From positions 1-64,000 of the forward strand of contig ML002233.1 of the NCBI GenBank assembly GCA_003614675.1: a DNA stretch of 64,000 nt. The letters run 5' to 3'. Position 1 is the first letter of the stretch. The number at the start of each line of letters is the position of its first letter. This stretch comes from Dimargaris cristalligena (Eukaryota). Below, piece after piece: positions 24,636 to 36,856 of the stretch. A program made the position numbers and the translations under genes. Below the pieces are notes generated by a model, which saw only the letters and a list, made by a program, of their open reading frames with translations, had not been told where the DNA came from and did no database searches.

Positions 24636-27600
24636 ACACCACTGTCGGCGTAGAGACCTTCAACTGCCGCTTGGACATGTTCAGTGATATATGAGACAAC
24701 GGAGTGGGGGATGCGTGTACACCCGGGTGGAGCACCAAGGCAATCCGGACGTAAAATGGGCACTTTGCACAGTGAAGGGATATTTATATTTGTAAATAGT
24801 CAAGGACGATAATTGGCATTACAATGTGACAAAAATCCCAATCGGGGTATAACAGTTTACAGGGTTGTTGCTTTGCCCTCAAAAAAATTACCCATATATT
24901 AAACTGATATTCATGTGTATAATTAGAGTAGTCCGTTTTTGAGATGGACTGACGGCTGGCTGTAACATCCACTGTTTTTGTCGATTCGGGCCAATCGAGA
25001 ATTAGCTTTAGTAGAGGGGTTTCCTGATACGACGGCCAATATAGGTGGTTAGAGAATTAGGTGAATCGGTTTTATTGAAGATGGGTGAGGCGATAAGAAA
25101 AACGGGAATTAGAAGAGAGGAATAATGTTGGATTGAGCTAAAAATCGATTGTTTCTCGCTATTGGGAATTTGTTGGATGTGTTGTACCCAATACTCAAGG
25201 TACTTCTAGACACAGTGGCAATTCAACTATACAACCCCATTGGACCACCACACCACTGTTAAAATACCTTACCTCAAGGCAATTTTTCAGTGTGCTAGGC
25301 CATTGTACTTGGACCTTAAAGAGTGTCTTGTCATAATGTAGGATTGGCAATGCCACTTAGGGCAGAGGGGAGGGGGGGTGTAGGTGGATGATTATTCCTC
25401 AGCTTTAAGACAGCCATCATTACTCTCCTTTCTTTGAAGCCCATCAGTGTGGGAATTAAGAGCAGGAGATCCCGGCAATGATTAATACCCTCCAAGACTC
25501 ACAGAGATGAGGGGGCACTTCACTTTGGGATACCATACCCCACCAACTCAGACCCATCGATTAGCGTTTTCAGCCAGATGGATCGTTTAGGGATGGAGAT
25601 GACCGTGGTCTACGGATGCCATTATTAGTATCAAGCTCTTTCCCGAGCCGCTCTAATTAAAAACGGCCAACTGAGCGGCATTTTGAAAAAAAAAAAAACG
25701 TAATCAGATGGATTCCGCTCAATCAAGAGATTTGCCCTTTTGTGCGGTTATACCGTTTAGTAATAGGCAATCTATGGTACGGCGTAGGTGGGGGGGGTAC
25801 ACTAAGTATAGCGCATTGTCGGTGAAAAGTAAACCAAATGGTTGCTAATACTAGTGGTAGTGATGGGGAGTTGACCTTATTATCAACCAATAACTGAGTA
25901 CCGGTGGAGGAAGAAGCACACCAATGGGTCTAGAGGAGAACATTCCGTGCAATCCACGAGGTTGGCCAAGAAGCTACGGCAGGCCATTATCGCCACTGTG
26001 GAATAGTCAGGGCCGTGTACTTTTACAGTTATTGCACTCTCGCTTGATGGGAGAAAGAGAGAGTGCAGTGTTGGGACATGATTACTAGATGGCTATTAAT
26101 GAAAGCCACTGTGTTTCAATTGCTCTCCCCCCCCCCGCAGCCTTATTACACTGGGTATTGAACAACCAGCCCAGATCAGAAGCGTGATGTGGTGAATGAA
26201 GCCGTTTTTGACACTGACCTATTGGCCATTATAGTTAAGGAAAGTAGCAGCCCAAGCGGGGATGTTTCGGCGGATAAATTTGGATCAACGGCATGGAGCA
26301 TGAGTACGAAGGCAATGACAGGAGTGTATAGTGGCAGCACTTACATGGGTAGTAAAGCAACGCCAAGGAGTATATGACTGGAATATAAAACAAGCTGCCT
26401 GGGTTGAGATGGTCTCTGGTTGTTCATTAAGGCACTTTTGGGTGATCTCCCTCCCCCCCCCAAGCACTATGGATGATCTGACATGGATGAGGGAGGAGTG
26501 GGTGGAGATATAAGGATGGCACAATTAATGAGGGGGGATGTGAAGGGGGGAAACGCCAGGCGAGTGAGGGTGTTGAAGTGTTTAATATAGATGTAGTGTT
26601 GATATAGAAAGAGCCACGCAGGACAGGATAATGGGGAATTAAGGTTGGCCGGACTGTCGAATGGGGGAGACGAGGTAGCTGAGCTATGTGGTTCAGGTCG
26701 CCAGAAGGGGAAACCCTTGGACCGGATCTCCCGTACAGTGTGGTATTAGATGCGACGTGTACGTTTTTCGCTGGCCGAGTTGGCGAATATACACTCTCGC
26801 AATGCCACAGCCCCCACCTTCTAACCGCTGTAGGATTTGATGGATTTTATATTTTTGGCAATGGTTCTTTGGACAGTTTGGTTTCAGCGATTTTATGGAA
26901 AGAAATACTCACATCGGTTATCTAGCAAGGTATTATACTGTGCTGTAGATAAGGTGGCAGTAGTATTACAGACTGACCGTCACGCTTCAGTGTTGACCAA
27001 GCCCCCATGAAAAAGGAGATCCTAGATACGATCCTGGAGGATTCGTCTTCCGTCAGTGCACCGCGCTATTCCTGGGCGGGGTTCGGGTAAAGATGTATAT
27101 GGTCAAAGGTGATGGTTAAGACCGCACTGAGAAGAAGCCAGTTGAGCGATACAGGCAGGCAGGGGTGGGTTATATGTTTACCCCTCTTGGCGCCCCTTAC
27201 GTACGAGCGAAAAGCCAGCGGTGGTTAGCTATATTAATAATGAACGGGCCAGTAAGTAAGTGTACGAGAGATGGGTAGAATCGGTGTATATTATACATTA
27301 TACGACGCCCACTGACTGCCACCAACAAGATACACCGTTCTCCACTCATCCTATCGATTCTGGGCGAGATACTCCATTACCATGCCGTCATCATCAGGAT
27401 TGGTGGTGCGGTCCACTTTATCGGGGACTAGAGGTGGGTTGCTCTTGAAAAGAGTTGGTGCGGACCTTCACTTACATCACCCGATCTACTACTACTACTA
27501 TATCACTGCCGCTTGCCTACTTTGAAAGCCACCAACCCCTCCTCCTCCGCCTACTCTGTATGGCACACATAAGGTTTGGAATGGTGCAAATGTGGGTTGT

Positions 27601-28893
27601 TAGGCCCGAATGCGCCGACTTCACCTTTCCTTGTTCGAAATGGAAAGCGCAGGGTGAGGTTGGGTGCAGCGGCCCTCTGCCTATTGTCTTAACCATACTG
27701 GCCAGTCACCCGAGCACTGGCGTCACCCAATATTCCCCCTTTCTCGCGTGGAAGCGTTGGGGGTGCGGAGGTAGACAAGAGACTTGGAACTGGTAGAAGT
27801 AAGCGTATATCCTCCTCCTTTCGTTCTACCCCGAAGGTGTTTTTGATGCCAATCCACGCGCATATACTCCGAATAGAGGTGATAAGATGGGGGAGTTGGG
27901 TTGAGACACTTACTTCCTCCTGAGGCCGATTAATAGGAGTGCTACGCCGGAATAATCCCTACTACTACTATTATTATTATTATTATTGCATTACTTACTA
28001 GTTTGGGACTTATACTTGGCAGACAAAGGAGGAGTGTAGGGAAAGTATAGTCGTGGCTGGGCAGTTGCAGTATGGGCTGGCTGTATGCTGTGGTATTAGT
28101 AGTATGTCTAGTAAAGGAGTAAGTTATATGGGACGGCCATAGCCAGCGCATTCCTTTTCCCTTCTCTTTTGCTAGTTCCTTCCATTATATTGCCCATCTA
28201 CCTTGCTTATTGAGTGCTTCGTTTATTTAACCAAGGCCCAGCGCTTCTATTATTATTACTAAGGCGCCGGATATTTTCTCGGCCCAATGTGACCTCAAGG
28301 AACCCCCGCTTACTTAATATAACACGGGTCGCTTACCTACTACCTAGAATATTATTCGCTATTCTCCGCCTGTCTCTGTGTATGCCATCCCGCCGTGGGC
28401 GTTGCCAAGGGCTGCTTTAACCCTTCTCCCCACCAATTCGCCTTCCCCCGCCTGTTCTCTTACCCTTTCATTCCTTTTATTTATAGGTTTCTCGGTTGAT
28501 AGCCGTGTCCTTACTTACTTACTTATTTACCTTCCTCCCATTCCTTGGTCCCACCTGGTCTAGCTTCGTTGCCCCACCTTCTCTTCTCCTTCCCTACCCA
28601 AGTCTTGGCCATCCCTGGTCCTCGATAACATCCCGTGGGTTTTCCCGCTTTGACGTACCTGCCCTCCCTCCTCCCTACTACTCTATTTAAGGTTTCGGAC
28701 GTACCGCCGCCTTACCCTCCCATTCATTCGTTGATGGCCCGTTAACCCTGGTTTCCCTTACTTCTCCCACCACCCATCCCTCTATTCGGCTCGACGCATC
28801 ACACCCCACCCCACTTCTACACTCAGACACACCTTACCCACCCACATATAAACCCTATCCCTCGGTTTCCCGTACTTACTGCACCCCGCCGCC

Positions 28894-31533
28894 ATGGTTT
28901 CACAGCCCCGAATCAACGGTTCATCTGGTGGTAGTACCGGGTTGGCCGCCTCGAGTCAAATTCGGTCCGTCAAGATCACCATAAACGGCGCCCATGACTT
29001 GCCGCGCAAAGATGTCTTCCGCCTACCCGATCCGATTGCCGTCATCAAGGTCGACGACGTGGTGCGCCAGCGCACCAAAGCCCAGAGGAAAACCCTCAGC
29101 CCCTACTGGAACGAAGTCTTCGTGTTCGTTGTACACACCTACAGTTCCCTCGAAATCGAAATTTTCGATAACAAAAAGTTCAAAAAAAACAATATGGGGT
29201 CCCTCGGCAGTACGAAATTCCAGATATCCGAATTCATCGACTGGGATCTGTTGGTTGAGAAACAGGTGTCACGACAGCTGGTCAACCGGAGCGACGGGAC
29301 GCTGACGCGGAGTCGGCTGGATATTACGCTGTCGACTATTGTGTCCGATTCCAGCCACCATATTAATACCACTATTTCGGGCTTGTCTCCTGTAGAAGAT
29401 GACGCGGCTCATTATTCCCAGAACCTGTTGACCCCTGGTTCAGTGGCTTCGGGCACAACCACTTCCACAGCCACTGGGGGGGCCTCGGGCAACCAGTCTC
29501 CCGCAATAACTCCCGGCGGTGCCCGTCACTCCAGGCCCTCCAACGCCAGTCGGGTGTCCGTGGATACCACATCCGTGCACAGTAGCCGCGAAATGGTCAA
29601 CCCCACGGACCTTTCATCTCGCACCCCCGGGGCTACCCTGCAAGTCCCGTCGACTGGCATGGAAAGCGGTGCTTCTACTACAAACCACTCGATTAACCCA
29701 GCCACCCCTGCCGGTAACCCCCCTGATACACTCGTGAACGGCATAGGTGCCGAGGCCAATCTACCCCCGGGATGGGAGCGCCGGACAGACCAGCTGGGTC
29801 GCCCCTACTACGTCGATCATAATACTCGCACAACCACCTGGCGGTTGCCCGAGCACCTGGCCGCCCAGTTTGGCCCCACCATCAACCAAATCCCAGCCGG
29901 AAGTATGGAGCAGGAACGGCAGCAGCATAGTAGCCGAACCTTGCCCGAGGATCGTCCCGGTGCCGGCAACGGGACAGGCTCCGGTGAGGACGGTGGTCCG
30001 AATGCCCTGCCCTCCGGCTGGGAGCAGCGGTTTACAGCCGAAGGTCGACCCTACTTCGTTAACCATAATAACCGAACCACCACGTGGGTGGATCCCCGAA
30101 CGGGACCACCCAGTATGGGGGCAGGTGGTGGCGGGGCTGGTATAGGCAGCGGACCCGGCGCTATGGGTAGTATGGGTAGTGCTGCTGCACCACCCCCTGC
30201 CGCCTCCGCGGGGAGCCGTCCCACTAGTGTGGTCACCACTACCCACTCATCGTCCCAACTGGGACCATTACCCTCGGGTTGGGAGATGCGTATTACCCGG
30301 GCCGGCAAACTCTACTTCGTTGATCATAACACCAAGACCACCTCCTGGGACGACCCCCGGTTACCCAGCACATTGGACCAGAACGTTCCCCAGTACAAGC
30401 GTGATTTCCGCCGTAAACTGATTTACTTCCGGTCCCAGCCAGCCATGCGACCCATGCCCGGTCAATGCCATGTCAAGGTGCGCCGTGACCATATTTTCGA
30501 GGATGCCTACACCGAAATTATGCGCCAGCCTGTGTCTGACCTCAAGAAACGACTCATGGTCAAATTCGACGGTGAAGATGGGCTGGATTACGGTGGTTTG
30601 ACGCGGGGGTTCTTCTTTTTACTTTCGCACGAAATGTTCAACCCCTTCTATTGCCTGTTCGAGTATTCGGCGCACGACACGTACACCCTGCAAATCAACC
30701 CGCACTCGGGTATTAACCCGGAGCATCTCAACTTCTTCCGGTTTATTGGGCGTTGCCTGGGTCTGGCCATTTTCCACCGCCGGTTCCTAGATGCCTTTTT
30801 CGTGACCAGTTTCTACAAGCTCGTCCTTAACAAGAAAATCACCTTGGCTGATATGGAAAGCGTGGACGCCGAGTTCTTCCGTAGTTTAACCTGGGTGCTG
30901 GAGAATGATATTACGGATATCTTGGATCTGACCTTTTCGGTCGAAGACGACCGCTTCGGCGAGGTGGTAACCATAGACCTCAAACCCGGTGGCCGGGACA
31001 TTGAGGTGACGGAGGACAATAAGAAGGAGTACGTCGAATTAGTGACCGACTGGAAAATCCGCGGTCGTATTGAGGAACAATTCAACGCCTTCTCAGAGGG
31101 TTTCTACTCGTTGATTCCGCGTGACCTAATTGTCGTGTTCGACGAACGCGAACTCGAACTTCTCATCGGTGGTATGTCCGAAATTGATGTGGACGATTGG
31201 AAGAAACATACGGACTACCGCGGGTACACGGAGTCGGACGTGGTTATTCAGTGGTTCTGGAAATGCGTGCGCAACTGGGATATGGAAACCAAGTCCCGGT
31301 TGTTACAATTTACGACGGGTACGTCGCGGATCCCCGTCAATGGGTTCCGGGACTTGCAAGGCAGTGACGGACCCCGTCGGTTCACCATTGAAAAATCGGG
31401 GGAGATTTCCCAGTTACCGAAAAGTCACACGTGCTTTAATCGGGTGGATTTGCCACCCTACCCGGACTATGAAACCCTGGCGTCGAAATTGACGTTGGCG
31501 GTGGAGGAAACGGTCGGGTTCGGACAGGAGTAG
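28894..31533 (+). CDS. RSP5: NEDD4-family HECT E3 ubiquitin ligase (C2 + 3 WW + HECT, 879 aa), intronless
   Basis: C2 domain ([18 protein letters not shown]); three WW domains ([24 protein letters not shown]); HECT with catalytic [11 protein letters not shown]-terminus [11 protein letters not shown]. Confidence 0.97.
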   Translation: MVSQPRINGSSGGSTGLAASSQIRSVKITINGAHDLPRKDVFRLPDPIAVIKVDDVVRQRTKAQRKTLSPYWNEVFVFVVHTYSSLEIEIFDNKKFKKNNMGSLGSTKFQISEFIDWDLLVEKQVSRQLVNRSDGTLTRSRLDITLSTIVSDSSHHINTTISGLSPVEDDAAHYSQNLLTPGSVASGTTTSTATGGASGNQSPAITPGGARHSRPSNASRVSVDTTSVHSSREMVNPTDLSSRTPGATLQVPSTGMESGASTTNHSINPATPAGNPPDTLVNGIGAEANLPPGWERRTDQLGRPYYVDHNTRTTTWRLPEHLAAQFGPTINQIPAGSMEQERQQHSSRTLPEDRPGAGNGTGSGEDGGPNALPSGWEQRFTAEGRPYFVNHNNRTTTWVDPRTGPPSMGAGGGGAGIGSGPGAMGSMGSAAAPPPAASAGSRPTSVVTTTHSSSQLGPLPSGWEMRITRAGKLYFVDHNTKTTSWDDPRLPSTLDQNVPQYKRDFRRKLIYFRSQPAMRPMPGQCHVKVRRDHIFEDAYTEIMRQPVSDLKKRLMVKFDGEDGLDYGGLTRGFFFLLSHEMFNPFYCLFEYSAHDTYTLQINPHSGINPEHLNFFRFIGRCLGLAIFHRRFLDAFFVTSFYKLVLNKKITLADMESVDAEFFRSLTWVLENDITDILDLTFSVEDDRFGEVVTIDLKPGGRDIEVTEDNKKEYVELVTDWKIRGRIEEQFNAFSEGFYSLIPRDLIVVFDERELELLIGGMSEIDVDDWKKHTDYRGYTESDVVIQWFWKCVRNWDMETKSRLLQFTTGTSRIPVNGFRDLQGSDGPRRFTIEKSGEISQLPKSHTCFNRVDLPPYPDYETLASKLTLAVEETVGFGQE

Positions 31534-32910
31534 GCGAGGGTGAGAGTGGGCAATACTTCCGTCGTGCCCTCCCCCTTCGCCTTGTCTACACCACTAAGCA
31601 ACATGTCGCTTCTTTCTGTTTAACCCTGTTTCCCTGTGTATCTCCTCCCTTCTTCCCCTCAATCTTCAATCGGGTATATATATTTTTTTTTGTGATAAAC
31701 TAATGTGCTTGTCTTCAACCCTATGTATCGTATACATACTTACCGTACTTTATTTTTCGCTAGCCCGTTCTCTCCATCTCTCTCTTTTATTACTTGCAAT
31801 AGTTTAATCACGTAATCCATTTTAGTAGTGCACCCCTGCCCCAAGTGCTATTTTACCCTTTGGTGGGACATTGGGGAATTTACAACTCCCCTTGGCCCCC
31901 CCTACCTTTTGCCCTCCCCCTCATATACCATAACATCCTTCACCCTCTATTGTTTTACTTTATTGTATCATGGCCACTTTTTTTGCTCTATTTCTTTCCC
32001 AAATCGAAGCTTGCAACGTACGTTCTCACCAGTTCATTATATTATACCTTTTGGGCTATTTCGGGGAGTCTCTCCCACCTTCGCCTCCTCCTCCACCTCC
32101 CTATACATTACCTTTATCATTATTATACCTATCATTTTTATTGTTGCAAGTGTTCTTTGATGGTAGTGGCATTGGCGAAACTCCGTAGTTCACTATCCAA
32201 TGATCACCTGTTTGGTTGATGGACTTGCAAAAACCCTTTTCCATCCTCGTTCTCTATATATTTTATTTTGATTCTTACCAATGTGCAAAAAGGATGGGTT
32301 ACTGCACCCCCCTCCCACTTGTTATGGGGTTTCCCTTACCATCGCCACATTGCGAAGTATTAACTCACTTTCTTTTCCAAGAACTATCCAAATCCACCAC
32401 ATATACACTACTATATTTAAATTTGTAACCGTTGTTTCGGGATGGAATTAAACATGATTTTGTCGATAATAATATTGTCCGGTATATTTATTTCTTAGGA
32501 TGATATGAGCCATCATAGAACCATCGGCTTATATTTTGGTATTTAAACAAGTGGGATATTCTCCCACTTCTCCAGCCCTAGACAATCGGGAAGTGCACTA
32601 ACTCTAAAAAGGTTTGACTAAAGCTATTCGTTAGCTAATGCCTACTTCGGACAAAACAGCATTGCTGCAAGGACCCCCAATGGTAGCTCCTCAATCAACA
32701 AGAACAATAGAAATGGTGTGGTAGAGATGACCTAAATCAAATGGTTTATCAACGATAAAATGGGGGGGTTTATACACTGGATGGGTAGTGAACTGAAAGG
32801 TGATGAAAAAAAAGGAAAGACGAAAGGGAGGGGAATGAGGGAGCCTAAAGAAGAAACCGCGTGTAATGATTTACTGCGCGCTGTCTCCCCCTCCCCTCCC
32901 CGACTCTTAT

Positions 32911-33786
32911 TTAAAACCAGGCGAACCGAATGTAGAGCAGCAGCAGAAAAGCGGTGATGACGATAGCGGGGATGCCATATTTACGGTACAGGGCCTGCCA
33001 ATTCAAGTACTTGGCGTCTTTACGGTATTTCAGGGACTGGGCCCTTAAATTTTCGGACATGGTATCCATGCGTTCCAGCGTATCCCCCCGCCACAGTAGA
33101 TCCTCCATGTTTTTGGTCATGATGTCGGAAATGTCCTTGAGGTCTTCGTTGAGTTTCCCCAAATTGTGTTGGGTCCGGGAGTCTTGGTAGAGGGTTTTGG
33201 TTTTTTGCATAAAGGTGTCGAATTTGATAAAGGCGTACGGACGCAGGCCCGCGCGGTGCAGCTCGGTTCCGTAACTCACGTTGAATTCTTTGGCAATTTC
33301 GTCCAAATACGAAAAGGCCAGCTTGCGGGGGTACGCCTTGTCGCAGATGCAGAGGTAGCAGATGCCCGATTCGATTTGGTAGCTGGAACGAGGTAGTGGT
33401 GGGGAGGATGTCGCATCAAGATACATGTTACATATACATAGACATAGACATATATAGATATAGATATATAAGATGAGTAAGGGATGGTTTTCATTATACA
33501 GGAGGGGGGGTGCTGAAGTTGGCGTTGTAACAATGGCATGGCGGAGTGCCATTAACATACTACGCCGAAAGGTATTATAGTACACGAAATAGGACATGGA
33601 CAACTTACTGAAGAACATATTTGCCGGACTCGATGGAGCACCGGGGCTCGGCATGGGGTCCCAGTTTCTTGATGATGGCCTTACCCTGGTTTTTGCAATC
33701 CATGAGCTGGCTTTCATGCTGTAACGGTCAAGAAATATTGGTATGGCAATTGTATAATGGTATTATAAATGGATTAGATGTAGCGT

Positions 33787-33817
<31 letters not shown>

Positions 33818-34109
33818 AATTGCTGGAAGAACGGCTAGCCGACAGTTTCCGCCTCGAGGGTGTCATATTCCTTCAAAGCGAAACGGGTGGACGGCTCTTG
33901 TTTCGGGGTATAGCCGTACGTCAAGCATCATTCACTCATAGCCAAGGCTAGTCCCGACTAGGTGTGAAGGAGGGGGAGGGCCTGGAAAGTGATGAGCGGT
34001 TAGCAGGGGCCAAAAGGGGTAGAATAATAATACTTACGGCCTCATCGTCCATGGTGGCGGCCAGCGGTAGGCCGTCGGAGATGCGGGTTATGATGGTAGA
34101 CTTGACCAT
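32911..34109 (-). CDS. SEC22: Longin R-SNARE Sec22 (~217 aa)
   Basis: Exons 34109-34038, 33718-33609, 33382-32911. Spliced protein MVKSTIITRISDGLPLAATMDD...PRCSIESG...YPRKLAFSYL...RPYAFIKFD...MTKNMEDLLWRGDTL, with a C-terminal transmembrane helix. Confidence 0.95.
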
Positions 34110-34224
34110 GGCGGTGGAGGTGTATGGAGGAGGAGGTGGAGGAGGGAACTTGGCGCAGTGGAAGATAAATAGTAGGAAGCAATGGACGGACAAGCTATAG
34201 TCGTCACCAAGAAGAATGGGGAGG

Positions 34225-34286
34225 GGTGGTACGGGAACTATCAACTACGGAAGAGGTGGTACGGGAACTATCAACTACGGAAGAGG
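34225..34286. repeat. Perfect 30-bp tandem duplication
   Basis: GGTGGTACGGGAACTATCAACTACGGAAGA occurs twice (34225-34254, 34255-34284) followed by GG. Confidence 0.95.
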
Positions 34287-34596
34287 GTCTTTGCGGTGGC
34301 CGAGTAAAAAAATGGAAGTCTCAATGCGAGGAAAGAAGAGTAAGGGGAACTATTACAGAGATGAGCCGGGGGGCTAATGAAGCTCCGCCCCCCTTCTTTA
34401 GGATAATAGGTGGCCTTTGCTGACTGGACCACAGCTAAGGCGATCTGGTGTGCGCCATTAAATGGGAAGGGCTCACAAACCCCCCTCTCCCCAAGCCTAG
34501 CCCCGTGATGCAACGGTAAAACCTCATTCTTCATCCCAGCTGAAGCCGCCCTATTCAACCTAGAGAGAAATAGAGAGGCTGTTTGTTCTTCACAAT

Positions 34597-34625
34597 ACAC
34601 ACACACACACACTCTCTCTCTCTCT
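34597..34625. repeat. Compound (AC)n(TC)n microsatellite
   Basis: acacacacacacacactctctctctctct between SEC22 and MRPL7. Confidence 0.85.
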
Positions 34626-35064
34626 ACGGACCCTTATTGTACAGGCACCACAGGTCACGTGAGGAGCAGTGCAATGCCAGCGGGATTCCCAGCCAAGATA
34701 TAATAACCCTCCTTCACGATCAATTGCCCTTCTGACTAAAATAGCCCCCTACCTAACACACCTCAGGCCAATAATTACAGGCAATGGGAGATGAGTTCGG
34801 TAGGCCAACGAATATATAATACTATCTCTGAGTTCCTTCCCCCACACCACTCGCCACAGCACTCGGCTCGATTCCTCCGATCAGCAACAACCTCTCTCCA
34901 TTAGGCCCCAGGTAGATCAGAAGACCCAGAGAGGAGTAACTCGCCCTCTGCTGTGACCGATCTGTTCGAGTAGAGAAAGCCGGCCATTGTCTCCTCTCTT
35001 TGCTTATTCTCCAGTTCTATACTTTCCCCCATTCCTCCTCATTCTCTTTCTATTGCCCGTCACA

Positions 35065-36048
35065 ATGCGTCCCGGCTTGAATCCGCTATTCCGCCTGGCC
35101 CAGGGAAGTCGGCTAACCCCTTCTTCTCTCCGTCTGACCCGTCCGGCCGGGGGAATGGCCCCTTTGGCCACTCTGGCTACGACCCCCACTCCTATTCCCA
35201 CTCCCCTGGTGGCCGCCCCCGCCGCTTCGGCCGTCATTTCCACCACGACCACGCTAGCCAGCCACCGCTCCAAAACCGCCACTTCTCTGCCACCCCCACC
35301 CCCCCCCCCCCGGCAACCCAGTCGGCTCCGCGACTACTATCTCAATTCCCTTCGTGACGACATCATGACCCTAAGTTACGATCACTATGATATTTCCGAC
35401 CCTGCCACCACCACCTCGCCCGAATTAGCCGTTACGGAGGAGGATCATGGCGACCTGGCTGCCGACACATCTTCGGTGGAGGAGGCCACCACTCCCCCCC
35501 AGCGGCGGCGTATCGGCCGGGGCCGACCTAAACGCCCCCCCGTCCCCCCGTCCACCCCCGATCTCGTGTACGGGCTCAATTCCCTCACGGTCCACATTCG
35601 CATGCGCGAGGCCATCGAAAACAAGTACAATCTCCTCAGTGCCCTCATGGCCCTCCAGTGCATCACGGGGCGTCGCGCCGAGGTGGTGTATTCCCGGTCC
35701 GATGCCGCGCTCCTCAAGTTGCGCAAGGGTATGCCGTTGAGTGTCAAGGTCCAACTCGAAGGGGATGACATGTACGCGTTTTTGGATAAATTGGTCGAAG
35801 TGGTGTTGCCGCAAATTAAGGAATGGCGGGGACTGAGTCGGACCGCCGGCGATAGCAACGGGTGTATTTCCTTTGGGTTTGGACCCCACGTCATGGGCTT
35901 GTTCCCCGATATCGAAGGGGTTTATGATATGATCCCTAAAATTACCGGGTTCCATGTCAGTATCGATACCTCCGCCCCCCGTGATCCGCCCGCCCGTACC
36001 GTGCTGAGTGCGTTCCAAATTCCCTTTAACCAACCCAATGCCCAGTAG
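35065..36048 (+). CDS. MRPL7: Mitochondrial large-subunit ribosomal protein uL5m (~327 aa)
   Basis: First ATG at 35065 with an Arg-rich presequence. SRLRDYYLNSLRDDIMTLSY, ALQCITG, KLRKGMPLSVKVQL, MYAFLDKLVEVVLP, GDSNGCISFG, FPDIE motifs. Confidence 0.92.
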   Translation: MRPGLNPLFRLAQGSRLTPSSLRLTRPAGGMAPLATLATTPTPIPTPLVAAPAASAVISTTTTLASHRSKTATSLPPPPPPPRQPSRLRDYYLNSLRDDIMTLSYDHYDISDPATTTSPELAVTEEDHGDLAADTSSVEEATTPPQRRRIGRGRPKRPPVPPSTPDLVYGLNSLTVHIRMREAIENKYNLLSALMALQCITGRRAEVVYSRSDAALLKLRKGMPLSVKVQLEGDDMYAFLDKLVEVVLPQIKEWRGLSRTAGDSNGCISFGFGPHVMGLFPDIEGVYDMIPKITGFHVSIDTSAPRDPPARTVLSAFQIPFNQPNAQ

Positions 36049-36856
36049 TAGAATCTGGTTTGGGTAGGCGATAGGGGGGTGGAGTACTATGTTATCCCGT
36101 TTCAACCCACACCCACTTGTTCGATCCGCTAGTTTTAATTATGTGTTTGCTTGTTGTTTTTCTTTTCATCACGTCGTTTCTTTAAATACCAAAAATAAAC
36201 CCCCAAGAGATACCTATTAATGTAATTACAGGCCCTGATATAAGGGTCTACTTTTCTACCCTTAGTATTTCCTCAATGCCCCTTAAATCACCAGGATTTC
36301 ATTCGGTACTTACTATCCCTGCATAGAATAAACTCGAACTCATTGTCGCTTATCTAATTACATTTAGCCGGACTACGTCCGAGTCAAGTGATCCGTACTC
36401 TAGTTTAGGCACCTACTAAGTGTACCGTTATTGGTTGATAAACGGGGATAGGGGGACAAGCTGCATGTGGGCAAGCCTAGTAATTTACTAACCAAACAGG
36501 CAACGATTCCATTACGTTTAACTGAGGTCGCATCTAATGGTAAATAACTACAATAAAATACCCAGTCGCAAATCTCTAACCCATGGACTGGTGGATAACG
36601 GGTGAATAGGTCACTGGCGAAACATAAGAAAAAATATCAAAAAACAAAAGGTTAAGGAAGAGAGTGAACCGAAATCTATAGGATAGTAACAAAATTAAAA
36701 ACATCTGGAAAAATATATTCAACTTCGGGATAAACCAATTCCCTACAGGCATGGTACCTGTTGGGAGGGGGGATTCTTTTGTTTTGTTTTTTTTTTAAAA
36801 AAAATGATAATAATAGAACTAGAAAAACTGTACAAGGGAAATGGTTCAAAAATCAA

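Noticed and set aside
24800..28890. Short ORFs in the long intergenic regions (also 16.0-19.0, 38.3-41.4, 52.6-58.1 and 60.7-64.0 kb)
   Set aside because: Mostly non-ATG starts, no codon bias, no recognisable domains or consistent splice structure.
32911..33717. 268-aa ORF-track protein reading through SEC22 intron 2
   Set aside because: Its N-terminal part is an alternative frame of exon 2 plus a TA-repeat intron. The spliced model gives a canonical Sec22 longin domain.
34225..34286. CRISPR-like repeat
   Set aside because: Two directly adjacent copies with no spacer, in a eukaryotic context with no cas genes.
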